DNA from: Lytechinus pictus
Lineage: Eukaryota
Reading direction: 5' to 3'
DNA length: 64,000 bases
Assembly (NCBI RefSeq): GCF_037042905.1
Contig: NC_087245.1
Span: forward strand, 42,782,001-42,846,000
Shown here: positions 52,202 to 64,000 of the stretch, one piece after another
Position numbering within the stretch: the stretch's first letter is position 1
Layout: every line of letters starts with the position of its first letter
Notes under the pieces: generated by a model
What the model saw: only the letters and a program-made list of their open reading frames with translations
Told to the model about the DNA's origin: nothing
The model's database searches: none
Translations under genes and position numbers: made by a program

Positions 52202-53014
52202 AATTTTGTTTTTATCAACCATAGTTCTTTTCCCTTGCTGGATAAATCACAGAGAGGGGCATGATGATGAAATTAAAATTTACCTAAGTAAGAGGTCCTC
52301 TATATCGCAAGGAAAAATAACCCGATGCTACATACGAATTCATTTTATTTTATTAACCAAATAAAACAAATATACAACATTCGAATAATGTACACTATGG
52401 ATATGCCTGGTGGATTTATGATTGCTTATTCCATTAAAAATATAAAACGGATCGACATCTAATAGAATTCTGGCAATTCTCTTGTAGTGCTAAAGAACAG
52501 ATAATGTTAGAAACGACAAGGCTTCAGTCTAGACAAGAAGTCTCTAATGACGGTTATTTCTTGAATTCGATGCGAAATGTTCCAAATAGAATGTGCTGTA
52601 AAGCCCGTTGACAATAGGTAATCGTGGGTAGAGAAGTTGGTGTGTTAAAATAATTGGGCAGACGGTAAGAAAGTTTTTTTTTTTGCGCGCATCTGAATGT
52701 AACGATCAATCATGTGCTATGGAGATCCTTTTTGTGCACTGAATTCACCCCCAAACATATATTTTTGTTCATTCTAGTGATATAACGAATTCTTTGTCCA
52801 TGATGTATTTTGTGAAACTTATATTAAATGCCCTCCTGTCAAAAGGACATCTGATCTATGCATGGATAGTCTCGATAAAAGTGAGTGTTAGCAAAATATA
52901 TACAGACGTATTTCATGTTTTGGAAAGGTGTACACGAATGACATTACACATAATAATCGCATTGCTGCAAATGCTCACAACTTTTTTGTGATTTTTATTC
53001 CCATTCTTTTTCAT

Positions 53015-53370
53015 TATTTCATTTCATTTCATTTCATTTCATTTCGTTTATTTCCATTTTCAACAAATACAGTTTGTTTTGTACATTTTGACATAAATAA
53101 ATAACAAAACATATTTCAAGTATCCCTGTACAAAAATTATTTTGAAGATTATTACATATCAGGTTGGAAATAGAGGAGGCTGCTAAAAAGCGGAGCTTGT
53201 AGAGTGCAGCCTCCAAATAAATATTCTTGTATAGTTGCATAGCATATAAAAATCAAAATAACAACTTGAGCATGAACCAGTTAAATTAAAAGGAAATAGG
53301 AGAAATTAAGATAGAAAAGGAAATAAGAAAAAGAGAGATTAAAGGTCTCCAGAATCCAGCCCCAGCACTC
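53015..53370 (-). mobile_element. LINE 3' UTR/tail fragment with (ATTTC)n tail
   Basis: Pentamer tail followed by an aaaagcggagcttgta motif that also occurs in the 3' UTR of the LINE at 62137-63043. Confidence 0.55.
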
Positions 53371-54184
53371 ACAGACGGACCTCGCTGATCAACAGGAAAA
53401 CGTGTTTCTTTATCGTGTTTTTTTTTCACACAAGCTAAATTGATCCAAAGCTTTCATTCTCCTTTAAATGTTTTTCGGGTGAGAAGTATTTTAAAATACG
53501 TATGCTTTGAATTGATAGCCGATTAAACTTTTTTACAATACTGTTGAAGAGTGTCGTTTTTTATTTGTTCCATGTAATAACCTCGGTTGATGAATTATGA
53601 GTATACATCAAACAGCACAGGGCCGTCATGGTACCGGCATGGCACCTTTCTCCCTCTCTTCATTTTTCTTTCCCCATCCCGTTTTATTTTCCTGTTCCCT
53701 TCCATTTTCATTCTCTCGTTCCTGTAATTGCAGAGGGGGTAGGGAACAAGGACCCCTCATCCTTCAAATCGACGCCTATCGAAGGCAAGGTCCTTCCGCG
53801 CCGGACTTACCCTTTTTCTTCTTCTTTTTAACTTCTGAATTAACCCCCCCCCCCCGATTCCTTCTCTTCCTATTTCCTTCCCCTTTTCCTTGATGAGTTA
53901 ATAATATAACATTTTGAAATTATATAAATCACAAGAATATCCCCGGTGCAATCTTAAACTGGCCGTTAAATTTCGATTGCCTTTTTAGAAACACCCTGTA
54001 TACTGAATTAATGAATTAAGGGTCGGTGATCTAAAAGATGATAATGAATTTAAAAAAAAAAGAGGTTCTACAGTATTTTGGACCAAATGACCTCCAATAT
54101 TATTCTTCGACACGTCTCCTTCCATTTGCATATTGATTAGTGTCATTAATTCCGTCAATTATCATTCCGATGTCCTATTACTGT

Positions 54185-54321
54185 TCATCCGCCTTTCGAA
54201 GTCTTTTTGTGCTGTGAAGATTTGCAGATATAAATCAGGATTGGCAAACTGATGGCAGCCAGAAGAATCCCTAAGATGCGGAAAGTAACCCGGTATGAAC
54301 CGAACACATCGTAAAGATAAC
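54185..54321 (-). CDS. SLC16/monocarboxylate-transporter-like MFS protein, last exon
   Basis: tctctcag|GT TAT CTT...: GYLYDVFGSYRVTFRILGILLAAISLPILIYICKSSQHKKTSKGG*. Phase 1 matches the preceding donor at 58105. GYLYD..GSY is typical of the MCT TM11-12 region. Confidence 0.88.
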
Positions 54322-56699
54322 CTGAGAGAATAGATGAAACAGCAACAGTGAATGATTAGTGACATACATGTATTTGATTAAAAGAAGAAAACAAATGGAG
54401 GCGTCTAAAGCAAGTATAAAGCTTCGGTAATGTGAATTACACTCGAGTTTTTTCTATCATTAAATATTATATATAATATTTAATGATAGAAAAAACTCGA
54501 TACATGTATATAAAAAAAACCTATAGTCGTCATTGAATGTGTTTTTCAGACGTTAGAACATTGGCATTTCAACATTTTGGTAGACAAGTAAACAGCAAAA
54601 CGTATTTTTATACCTTAGTCTGCTTCAAAAAATTGTCAGTCATTCAAGTTGCATTTTATGGACAGCAAGAGTACAAAGAAAAGGGGGTAAATTTAGAAGT
54701 GATATATAACCTAAGGTAAACAAAAACACAATGTTTTTTGTACGATCGCAATATAACAGGACAAAAAAATGGTAAAATTGATATTCGGAGAGCAAGAGAC
54801 AAGAAGCACAGTTTCTCAAGCGGGCACTGGGGTTATTGTTACCCTTTATAGGAGGAAAAAAAATGTCACATCTCTTTCAGAATATCGAAATATCATTTGA
54901 ATATTTTCTACTTCATTGGAATAATTGGGGAGGGGGGCTGGGAGGAAACGAAACCCTGGATAATTTGCATTTGATGGTGCACGATCCCGGCGCTCTTGGA
55001 TGGTTTTGGACTCGCCGTCTTTTTCATCACGAATATAATCGACGATATATTCATCATGGCCGTACGAAAAAAAAAATCTCGAAAGCGAGAGAGTGAAGTG
55101 ACCAAAATTGTCATGGGGCGCTTTTGCATCTCCAATGCCTCAGTTAAATTTTAGTCCGATTAGGTTTACGACGTACTTGCGATGTTGTTTTTGGCCAGTT
55201 TGGCCTGGTTGCCGGCCAGATTGCCGTGATCGTACGATGGCTCTAAGGTAGCATGGGGGAGGGAGGCTGTTCGGACAAAGATAACTGGGAGCAAACATTT
55301 TCTTATGTCTCCACAGATCTTTCTAATCGCCCACCCATCCTTGACAAACATCACTAAGTATCGTCCGCTGTCCGGTTGTGAATCGACCGGTGTCCCTAGC
55401 ATTGAAGGTCCTTGAGAGCAGACCTCGGCCGATTATCGACCGATGTCTAATAGCTCTATGGTCTATCCGGTCCGGGCAGTGGTCCCTAACTGATCGATGT
55501 CCGACTGGTATGTATCGATGCATGATCGATGTATAGCCAATGTGATTGACATCGGTCGGTAATTTAGAGGTGGATCGGGGGCAGTTCATAAACTAAGTCA
55601 TTTCACAATTACATTTTCAGCGCGTTTGTACACTACACAGCACAACACAACACATCAAAGTAGACGCCGAGAGGGAAAGGAGACAGGTCCAAGATGATAC
55701 CAAGAAGAGGCCAGCCAAGGACAATGGCAGGGGCAAGACGAAGAAGGTTGCACTAGTTTTACCACTAGGACCTCCCTCAGAAAGAAACGTGGGCAGCGAG
55801 AAGTGCAGCGAGCCGGAGCCGAGCATCGCCCAGGCACCGTATGACTTCTGTAGGTTACTCTACCAATACAATTCATCGTCCGGCCATCGCACAAGCACCG
55901 TAGGATTCACCGGGAATAAGTTTCTTGTCGATTTCCGACTGTTAAATCCCTGCCTCCTACCCCCAAAATTGTTCGTTTGCATATAGAGTCGGACGCTGTT
56001 GATCATCGGCAAGTGTATGGACGGCATCAACACTGCAGTTCCAGATCCCAAGTCTACATGATATGAATATTCATGACTTGCGTCTCCGGAATAAGAGTAA
56101 ACATGCGCGTGGACTTTATCTTTACAACATTAATTGTAGCCGTTAGCGTTCACGTTGTCACGAATGAATCGGCACCCTCAAATTACCGGTATCCTTACAT
56201 AGGCCTTAGGCTGAGATCATCTATATCTAGATCAAATTCTTAAACACTTATCAAATTGCCATTAATGACAAAACAAAATTCTAGGCTAGGCTAGCGTATT
56301 AACTTTATCTCAAATCTGAACCTGTGTAATGCCTAATGCCGACTAATACCATAGTTAACTTAGAACTGGTTACTTACTGGTTACTTCTGGTTACGTTCAC
56401 TTATGTTAGACCAATGAGCTTGGTAGCCTTGGTTTAATAGGTATAGTACGTATATAGAACTAGTCCTAGATCTAATAGATTTTAGATCTAGTCTAGTCTT
56501 TGAATCTTGATAGACTCTGATCTACCATGTATGAGCATGGAACATATTCTAATGTCAGACACAAATTAACGTCAGTGAACATGCACGTTAACTGTTTATG
56601 TAAACGCTCTGCATACTATCGCAACCGCAGAGTAAACTTTCTTGACTAACACAATTCCCCGTGCTTTGATTACGGCAATTCTATATACGGACTAGACCT

Positions 56700-57242
56700 C
56701 CCGGGGGGGGGGGGGGGGGTACTCGACCAGAAAAAGTAGTAGGTATGTGCCGCGGGCGAGACAAAAAACGGGGGCCTTGGAGCGGGTTTATTGTAAAAAG
56801 GAGGGTCCTCGGAACGGGCTCCGGAACTACAAATGTTTGTGAAAACGGGGGTCCTTGGAACGGGTCGCCTGCGTGGAGGCCTACATCCCAATGGAACGGG
56901 CATACGTGCATGCGACTAGCACGGCCGCCGGGTGCGCTAGCGCAGAGGCGATTGTCGGACAGCGCTCTGCGGCCGCTTTTCACCAAAATTGCGGCTCATC
57001 GTAGCAGATTAATGCGACCGGAACGGCGTAACGGAAAATATGCGAAGCTTTGGAGCGGATATCTTTCTTTTTTTTTCTCGATAAGAAGAAATGGCTATGC
57101 TTTGGAGCGGCTTTCTTTGTTCTTTTTCTCATTAAGACAAAAATGCTATGCCTTGGAACGGAAATTTGAGTGTGAAAATTGGGGTTCCCTCCGCGGCACA
57201 TACCCACTATGCATTATATACTGAGTGCCCCCCCCCCCCGGG
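56700..57242. mobile_element. CCCGGG/poly-G-ended MITE, 8-bp TSD CTAGACCT
   Basis: ctagacct|cccggggg...ggtactc ... gagtgcccc...ccggg|ctagacct. Nested in an older TIR element (56051-57352, agtctac...gtagact). Confidence 0.88.
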
Positions 57243-57621
57243 CTAGACCTATTTAACCAAGGCTACCAAGCTCATTGTAAAGATACTTTATTAAAGCCCA
57301 CGCGCATGCATACTCTTATTCCGAAGACGCAAGTCATGATATCACGTAGACTTCATGGGTTAATATGCACGCCAGTCGCTAGTACATAGACATAATAATT
57401 ACGATCATGGCGATCTATGAGACTAATGCAGGATTCGTAGGGGCATTTTATCACGTTCGGCGCACACTGCCCAATCTGTTCCGATCCGATCTAAAGAATA
57501 GGAATAACATTGATATGGACAAACCAACTTGTAAAATCTTAACAATCGAAGTCCAAAAAATTCGCGAGTGGCACATGCTCATGCACAGAATACTTATGCT
57601 GCTCTGCTTTTGACTTCATTT

Positions 57622-57822
57622 ACCGAATCCGGCAAAAAGGGAACAAATTGACAAATATGCCGGAGAGGAATTGATAATGAAGGCCAATAATGATGCGGAT
57701 GCTATCAAATACTTAAATGCCAGAATTTGAGATGACGCGAGAGGAAACCTGTACAAGATTGCTATGACAAACATAGTTACGTCCAGTTATGCCACTGATA
57801 GAACCCATCATCACCAAGAAAG
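57622..57822 (-). pseudogene. Frameshifted partial copy of the transporter's large exon (homologous to 58237-58430)
   Basis: FLVMMGSISGITGR, a small insertion, then FVIAILYRFPLASSQILAFKYLIASASLLAFIINSSPAYLSICSLFAGFG. Confidence 0.85.
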
Positions 57823-58105
57823 TAAAATCAGATGGAGCCAATCTGCAAGGATCTTCAAACAACAACCGAAGCGTATGCGAACTGAGAATCGTCAAACCTT
57901 GGGTGTCAATGGGCAGCTGGCGCCATTATTCTGGGGATCGTGCACATTAAAGTGAGTTTAAATGGATGTAGGTGGGTATAATTATCTTCCCTGTCAACCT
58001 GTGCATTTGCCCATTTATATGCTAATTTTTATGAATTAGCAATAATTGAGACTATATTGGGACCTACTTCTAGCATTATCATGCCATATCCAATGTTATA
58101 CCCAC

Positions 58106-59038
58106 CTGTAATTAGTCCTGAAATAAGATATGATGTTCCACTCACGAGGAGAGAGGAAGCAATAGCCTTTGGGAAGTTTTCTTTTTCCACATTCACAGAG
58201 ATAGCTCCGTATAACGTCGAGGATGCGCTGTAAAAACCGAATCCGGCAAAAAGGGAACAAATTGACAAATATGTCGGAGAGGAATCGATAGGGTAGGCCA
58301 ATATTGACGTGGATGCTATCAAATAGTTTAATGCCAAAAGTTGAGGTGACGCGAGAGGAAACCTGTACAAGATTGCTATGACAAACAAACGTCCAGTTAT
58401 GCCACCGATAGAACCCATCATCACCAAGAAAACGGCTTCATCGTTCGATAATTCTTCGGATATTCCATAAGAGAATAGAAATACTACCCAACCGCAGTAG
58501 GAAATATCAAACAAGGCCTGACATGGAAGCAATATAAAAGTAAAAACACGTTCAGCTTTAACGAAATCGACAGTATCATGAAGAGTTTTACGGACCACAT
58601 TGACATTTGAATGTTGAAGATTTCGACTCTCCTCGTTTTCCGTGTGAAGATCTGACTTTGAGTCCATGAGTCCTAAGGCGGATTCCTTTTTACCCGAAAA
58701 TTTGCAGCACTTCACAACATCACATGTTTGAAGTGGTTCAAGTTCACGCTCTACATGATCTGTTTGTTTAGAATCATTACTTTCAATTCGATCTTTCTGA
58801 CATCGGGGTGGACGCATTGTCGCTCCAATTGGAACACAATGAAAAATCATGGCACTCAGAAATAAAAGACTCCCTCTCAGTCCATAGGCATCCAGGCATA
58901 AAACAGTTAGGTATGGCAACAAGAAACTCCCAAGCTGACTTCCCAACTGCGTTATTGTCGTAGCCATTCCGTAATGTTCTCTGAAGTGTTGATGGAGTGT
59001 TTCACATGATAATTGCCTCAGTGGAGAAGCGAAAAGCC
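58106..59038 (-). CDS. SLC16/MCT-like transporter, large internal exon
   Basis: ttttgtag|GG CTT TTC...ACA G|gtggg. Encodes HFREHYGMATTITQLGSQLG, YGLRGSLLFLSAMIFHCVPIGATMRP, a large cytoplasmic loop and TM7-11. Confidence 0.9.
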
Positions 59039-60504
59039 CTACAAAAGAAAAAAATACAAAAAACTTTGATTCATTATCTGTTTGATACGAAAGTTTTAGT
59101 TTTTAAATTGCCATCGATTCGTCGAACTGGCGAGAAAATTTATTTCGCCAGGCAGGTCAAAAAAACACAAAGTTGTATGTCAACATGGTGATATACGTTA
59201 TCTCGCCAAGTCGACATACAAAAAAGTTTCTTAACATGGCGAGACTTAAAAAAAAATCATATATGTATTTTCATCGGGTATGTTTCGTAAAAATGTCAAG
59301 AATATATATTTTTTCATACCGAAATTACGGCCATGTTAAATGATTCAGAACAACACGCGCAGCAGCAGACGATACGTGTAAATGGGACAATGTAAAATCC
59401 TGTGTAGTGATTGGTGCAAATAGCATCATGTGATCAAAAACATTCTATAATATTGCTTGACACCAGACCTCGAAATATTTTCTGTTATGCGAATAGATAT
59501 GGGCGATAGATATGGGCGATTCCACAGTCATCGCATAACACTCTTACTTGTCTTTTCTAATACTTGGTGCTGTCAGTTTTACAGGGGCGAGTCTTTCTGT
59601 CAAGTTTATAATGTCAATTTATCTTGACAAGTGGGGGCTTTAAAACAATACATACAGAATGGTTGTAGGCTGTATATTATTCACTCCATGACGTCCCCAA
59701 AATCGGTCAGTCGCATTACACAAAAAAGACATGGAAAACCGTGACTTATTAATTTGTAATAGTTCTTTCAAATAAAAATAAAAACTGTTACCAACTTCAA
59801 TACCTGCAAAAAATTACTTACATAATTATGAAAGTCACGAATAAGACATTTGACTTTGGAAAGCGAGTTCGAGTTTCTCCTGTGGATGGAAAAACTCCGG
59901 TCAGTCGCACTACACTTTGTCCGGCACCAAAACATGTTTTTTAAACTTTCCTGCAACTTATCGTTTGAAAATTTTCTTTTGATATTATGTAAAATGATTA
60001 CCTTATCCAAGTGAAAATTTTAGAAAATAAACAATAGTTAAATTGAAAACATATATGTAGTCCCATGTACATAATTTTTTTGTATGGTTAGGATTCTCCT
60101 ATAAGGAGATGCCCAAGAAAAAAAAAATTGAGGCTAGTTATGATCCCCCTTTTTAAATGAATTTCCATTCGAGTTTTGATTAAAAAAAATTGATACAAAT
60201 TTGTAATAGAGCTAATTTTAATTTTTTGAAAATGTCCGCTTTTGCTTTGAGTCGCCCATATGATCTGCGTGGTGGGTGGGGGAGGGGGGCTGCTCGCTTC
60301 TCTCCACCCTTCCCCCAATGAATCTGCCAATGGACTAGCATGGCCCTGGGAAGCGAAGATTTGTATGGGGGTACTGCTTATGTTATACAGCATAGACATC
60401 ATCCTCCTGGATGGTTGGTATGCTAAAAAGTAGAATTTTATTTATTTATTTACTTGTTCGTTCATTCATTCATTACTTGTCATTTTTTTTTCAAAACCTG
60501 CACC

Positions 60505-60670
60505 CACTAGCATACCTACGGGGGGGGGGCAGGGGGGGCGAGCCACAACCCATACAAAATACATATCCCTGCCCCCCCCTGACGAGCTTGAAAGACCTTT
60601 TATGCCCCCCCCCCCCTGACGAGCTTGAAGACCTTTATTGCCCCCCCCCCTGACGAGCTTGAAGACCTTT

Positions 60671-60707
<37 letters not shown>

Positions 60708-60858
60708 TGTCAATTTTTTCTCTGGTACAATAACCTTTATTTTTGATTGAAGACCTTTTTTTTTATTTTTTTTTTATTTATTTATTTATTTTTTTGCTTG
60801 TCAAATTTTTTGGCGGCCGATTTTGCCCCCCCTGTGCAAAATCCTAGGTACGCCACTG
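60505..60858. mobile_element. hAT-like MITE, 8-bp TSD CCTGCACC, three internal tandem units
   Basis: cctgcacc|cactagcatacctacgg ... ctaggtacgccactg|cctgcacc. Three copies of cccccctgacgagcttgaagaccttt. Confidence 0.8.
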
Positions 60859-61474
60859 CCTGCACCCCTCTTTGAAAATCGCTCCCAGTGCCCTGATAGG
60901 TTAATATGCACGCCAGTCGCTAGTACAGAGACATAATAATTACGATCATGGCGTTCTATGAGACTAATGCAGGATTCGTAGGGGCATCTATTAAGCTCGG
61001 CGCACACTACCCATTCTGTTTCGATCCGATCTAAAGAATAGTAATAACATTGATATGGACAAAACCAACCTGTAAAATCTTAACGATAGAAGTTCTAAAA
61101 AGTGGTATGAATACTAAATCGAAATCCAAAATCTATTTCAAGCCCCTTGAAAGAAAAATAAAAAGCAAATTCAGTTTCAAATCTTAATGACAACCCCTTC
61201 GACTGTGGCTTGAAGCCGAATAGGACTTTACTCGGACCACAAGGCTTGCAGTAAAGTAAAATTTTGATTTAAGCATTATGCTTAACTTCAAATGAAACAA
61301 TTGTTTTTTTTTTTTTTTTGGGGGGGGGGCAACTTTCATACGTAATAAAAAATGCGATATTTTTAAACGAATCACGTCGTACTTAAAGTCGGGTCATGTA
61401 ATGTGCAAATGTGCGGCGGACTTTAGGCAGGAGGTCACTTGAAACCGAGGAAATGCACACATATATTCTATTAC

Positions 61475-61615
61475 CTGTAAAGAAGAATGAACAACCAAGA
61501 AAAGTGGCTCCTCGGCTGAATGTACCGGCCAAAAGCGAGATTGTAGCAAGGAGGCCACCGATCATCGAGACAAGGCGACAACCAAACCTTTGGGCCAGAA
61601 AATGGCTGATTGGAC
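61475..61615 (-). CDS. SLC16/MCT-like transporter, upstream internal exon (earlier exons not found in the window)
   Basis: tttcatag|GT CCA ATC...ACA G|gtaat. Encodes GPISHFLAQRFGCRLVSMIGGLL (MFS motif A), phase 1 at both ends. Confidence 0.88.
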
Positions 61616-61679
61616 CTATGAAAGGATACAAGACATGATGAGCAGCTAACGAAACAGCTGATCTTACCATTTAACTTGT

Positions 61680-63169
61680 TTAAATGACAAATCCCCCCAA
61701 TCTATATATATATATATTTGAATGAAAGAGAAAAATCCAACAAGCATAACATTGCAAATTTCATCAAAATTGGATGTAAAATAAGAAAGATATGACATTT
61801 TAATGAAAATATTTATATATGCACAATTTAGTCACATGGAAATGAGAGAATCGATGACGTCCTTCAGTCACTATTTCTATTGGTTTTTTTTTAGTATTTG
61901 AATTACACAATTAGATTTTTTAAAACAAATTTGACAATAAGGACCAATTTGACTGAACCATAGAATGTTAAACAATGGTAATTCCACATGTTCAGGGAGA
62001 AATCAAACTTTGTTTTACAGGACAATGAGGAGAAAAATCGAATATTTCATATAATAAAATAGTGAGTGATGTCATCAGTTCGCTCATTTGCATACTGACC
62101 TGCATGTGCATATAACTATTTTGTGAAATTAAGTGATTTAGATTTAGATTTAGATTTATTTATTTATTTCCGTTCAAACAAAAGATATAATCCAAGTAAA
62201 GTGTAAATACATGTTCAAAATAATACATACTCAAAATAATACATACAGTTCTATAACATTTCATAACAAATATTGAGAATAAAAATATCTGAACTTGCCA
62301 AGAAAAGCAGAGCTTGTAAATAAGGCAAGTCCCTAAACATAGTTCCAATACTAATTAACATAACCTATATACAAGAGACGAGTGGAAAACAAAATTAAAA
62401 TACATAATCTACAAAATACCAAAATAGAGCGTATAAGCGACAAAAAAAAGTGGAAAGTAATTTGAATAATTGGAGTGATAACGATAATGATGATAACATT
62501 TTTAATAGAAATTATAGGAGTGGAAAAGGGAGGCAAAGGAAAGAGAGGGGAAAAAAGGGTGGTGCAAATAAAACTGAAAATAAAAAGAGGAACATGACAG
62601 GTGCACAGGTCACAGGACACTGTAGTGACATAATTTAGAATATATATTAGACAAATTTGTTGATAATTAAATGATAGTTGTAAATAAGTTTAGTTACAGT
62701 TATATATTAGCTTGACTTGTTGGTGTGGAGTATTGACAAATTAGCATCTTTTTAAGTTTGCGCTTGAAAATATTAATGCTTGGTGATTCTTTAAAGTCAT
62801 TGGGCAGTGAATTCCAATACACTGGTCCAAAAAAGACGAAAGAGTTTTTTGCTAAAAGAGTACGGGTTGGGGGTAGATGATAACAATTACGTTGTCTCGT
62901 TGGGTAATCATGTATGGAGGAGTTTTTACAAAACATATTTGAAAAAATTGTGGGGAGATCATTTTTATTTAGTTTATACATAAATTGGGCGAGTTGGAAA
63001 AGATATAAATCATTCACTTTAAGAATATTATTTTGGAAAAAAAAAGTGAAACTTAAAAATGTCATAACTTATTTTACTGCCGATTTTGATGGAATTTTCA
63101 GTGTTATGCTCGTTGGATTTTTCTATTTTTATCAAACCAACTTTTCGTTGGGGTAGACTTTACCTTTAA
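61680..63169. mobile_element. TTAA-flanked Kolobok-like MITE split by a LINE insertion
   Basis: Left arm 61680-62136 (aaatccaacaagcataac...) and right arm 63044-63169 (gttatgctcgttggattt...cctttaa) are inverted counterparts. Confidence 0.75.
62137..63043 (-). mobile_element. 5'-truncated L2/CR1-group LINE with TSD AAGTGA
   Basis: ILKVNDLY...FMYK...HDYPTRQ...GPVYWNSLP...FKRKLK, (TTTAGA)n tail, aagtga on both sides. Confidence 0.85.
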
Positions 63170-64000
63170 TAACGCTACTCATAAGCCTGATTGAGAAATA
63201 TTGATTAACCAGATACTGTTTCTTTCACTATTCTCTCCCAATATATTATTTGATTCTATTCTTATAGGGGATCTATGTTAAAAAATAGATTCGGAGCTAT
63301 TCTATATTCAAATCAATTCCAGAATAAAAAAAGAAGCGGTGATATCCTACATATTTTGTATAGATTCCACTTTTTTACTGCAAAGTAACATACTATTTTT
63401 TTGCCCTTGACAGATGAAAAGGTGAACATGGTGAATTAATCTTTAATGGCATCCTTTGAAAATAAAGTAGTTATTCCTGTAGCGATTGGATGAACTATTG
63501 CCCCAAAGTGATCTTGAGTCTCTAGGCGCACCGGGCAGGCACGATGACTGAGTGGTAGAGCACCCGCCAGATGAACGGGACTCATTGGTTCGATTGACGG
63601 CTGAGTCGTACTTAAAAAGGGAATTTCTGCCTGCTAGCTTGTCAGGTGCTCGTCGTGCAAGAATGGAGAAGGGTAATAAAAACATGATATGTTATGGAGG
63701 GCCCACTGGAATAACAATATCAGCTGAAATGGCTACCTTTGGGGAAAAGAATTCAGAAAGAGAGAAATGAAAAAGATAAATTATTTTTCCCGAAGGCTTA
63801 CTGAGGGGAAAATAGTTTTCACTATTGCCCGAATAAACGAGCCATTAATCGATTTTAAGTTATTGTGAGTCAAAGCAGCAGTTGCTTTGCTCAAGTTATA
63901 CCAATCTGTACTCTGCCAGAATTATCTATAAATTATTTTTATTTAAAAAATGATTTAAAAAGAAATTCTGAAGCATACATGCAAGATGATATATGACCGT

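Noticed and set aside
56745..57224. 159-aa GC-rich ORF
   Set aside because: Lies wholly within a TSD-flanked MITE; no transposase motif.
58029..58105. ORF-track C-terminus of the transporter (GGYNIGYG...)
   Set aside because: This is read-through into an intron. A GT donor at 58105 joins in phase to a better final exon at 54321.
63443..63770. Possible first exon of the transporter
   Set aside because: No MCT N-terminal DGGWGW-like motif or transmembrane segment in the frames examined.

Overview
AT-rich, intron-containing eukaryotic DNA. The repeat landscape (poly-G-ended MITEs, a SINE, Tx1- and L2/CR1-type LINE remnants) suggests an invertebrate deuterostome such as a sea urchin; this is inference. 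Three host genes are supported. (1) A class A GPCR running off the left edge (<2..1252, +), with a poly-Ser N-terminus encoded by a (TCA)n microsatellite. (2) A complete six-coding-exon clan-2 cytochrome P450 on the minus strand (26544..14829, about 513 aa; all splice sites GT-AG and in phase). (3) The last three exons of an SLC16/MCT-like MFS transporter on the minus strand (61615..54185). Much of the rest is transposon-derived, often nested, with readable TIRs and TSDs. The most unusual object is a 4.86-kb element (39772..44630). It has two apparently identical 193-bp LTR-like repeats, a tRNA-type PBS and a PPT, and a long open ORF with a zinc knuckle and a protease-like domain lacking the catalytic Asp. 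It has no RT, RNase H or integrase, and its termini are non-canonical. Other highlights are a ~640-bp long-TIR element about 195 bp upstream of the CYP start codon, a higher-order mini-hairpin satellite inside a hAT-like MITE, and a frameshifted copy of a transporter exon in the next intron. No prokaryotic systems (CRISPR, operons) are present. I cannot claim a clearly new biological system; the findings are candidates for follow-up.
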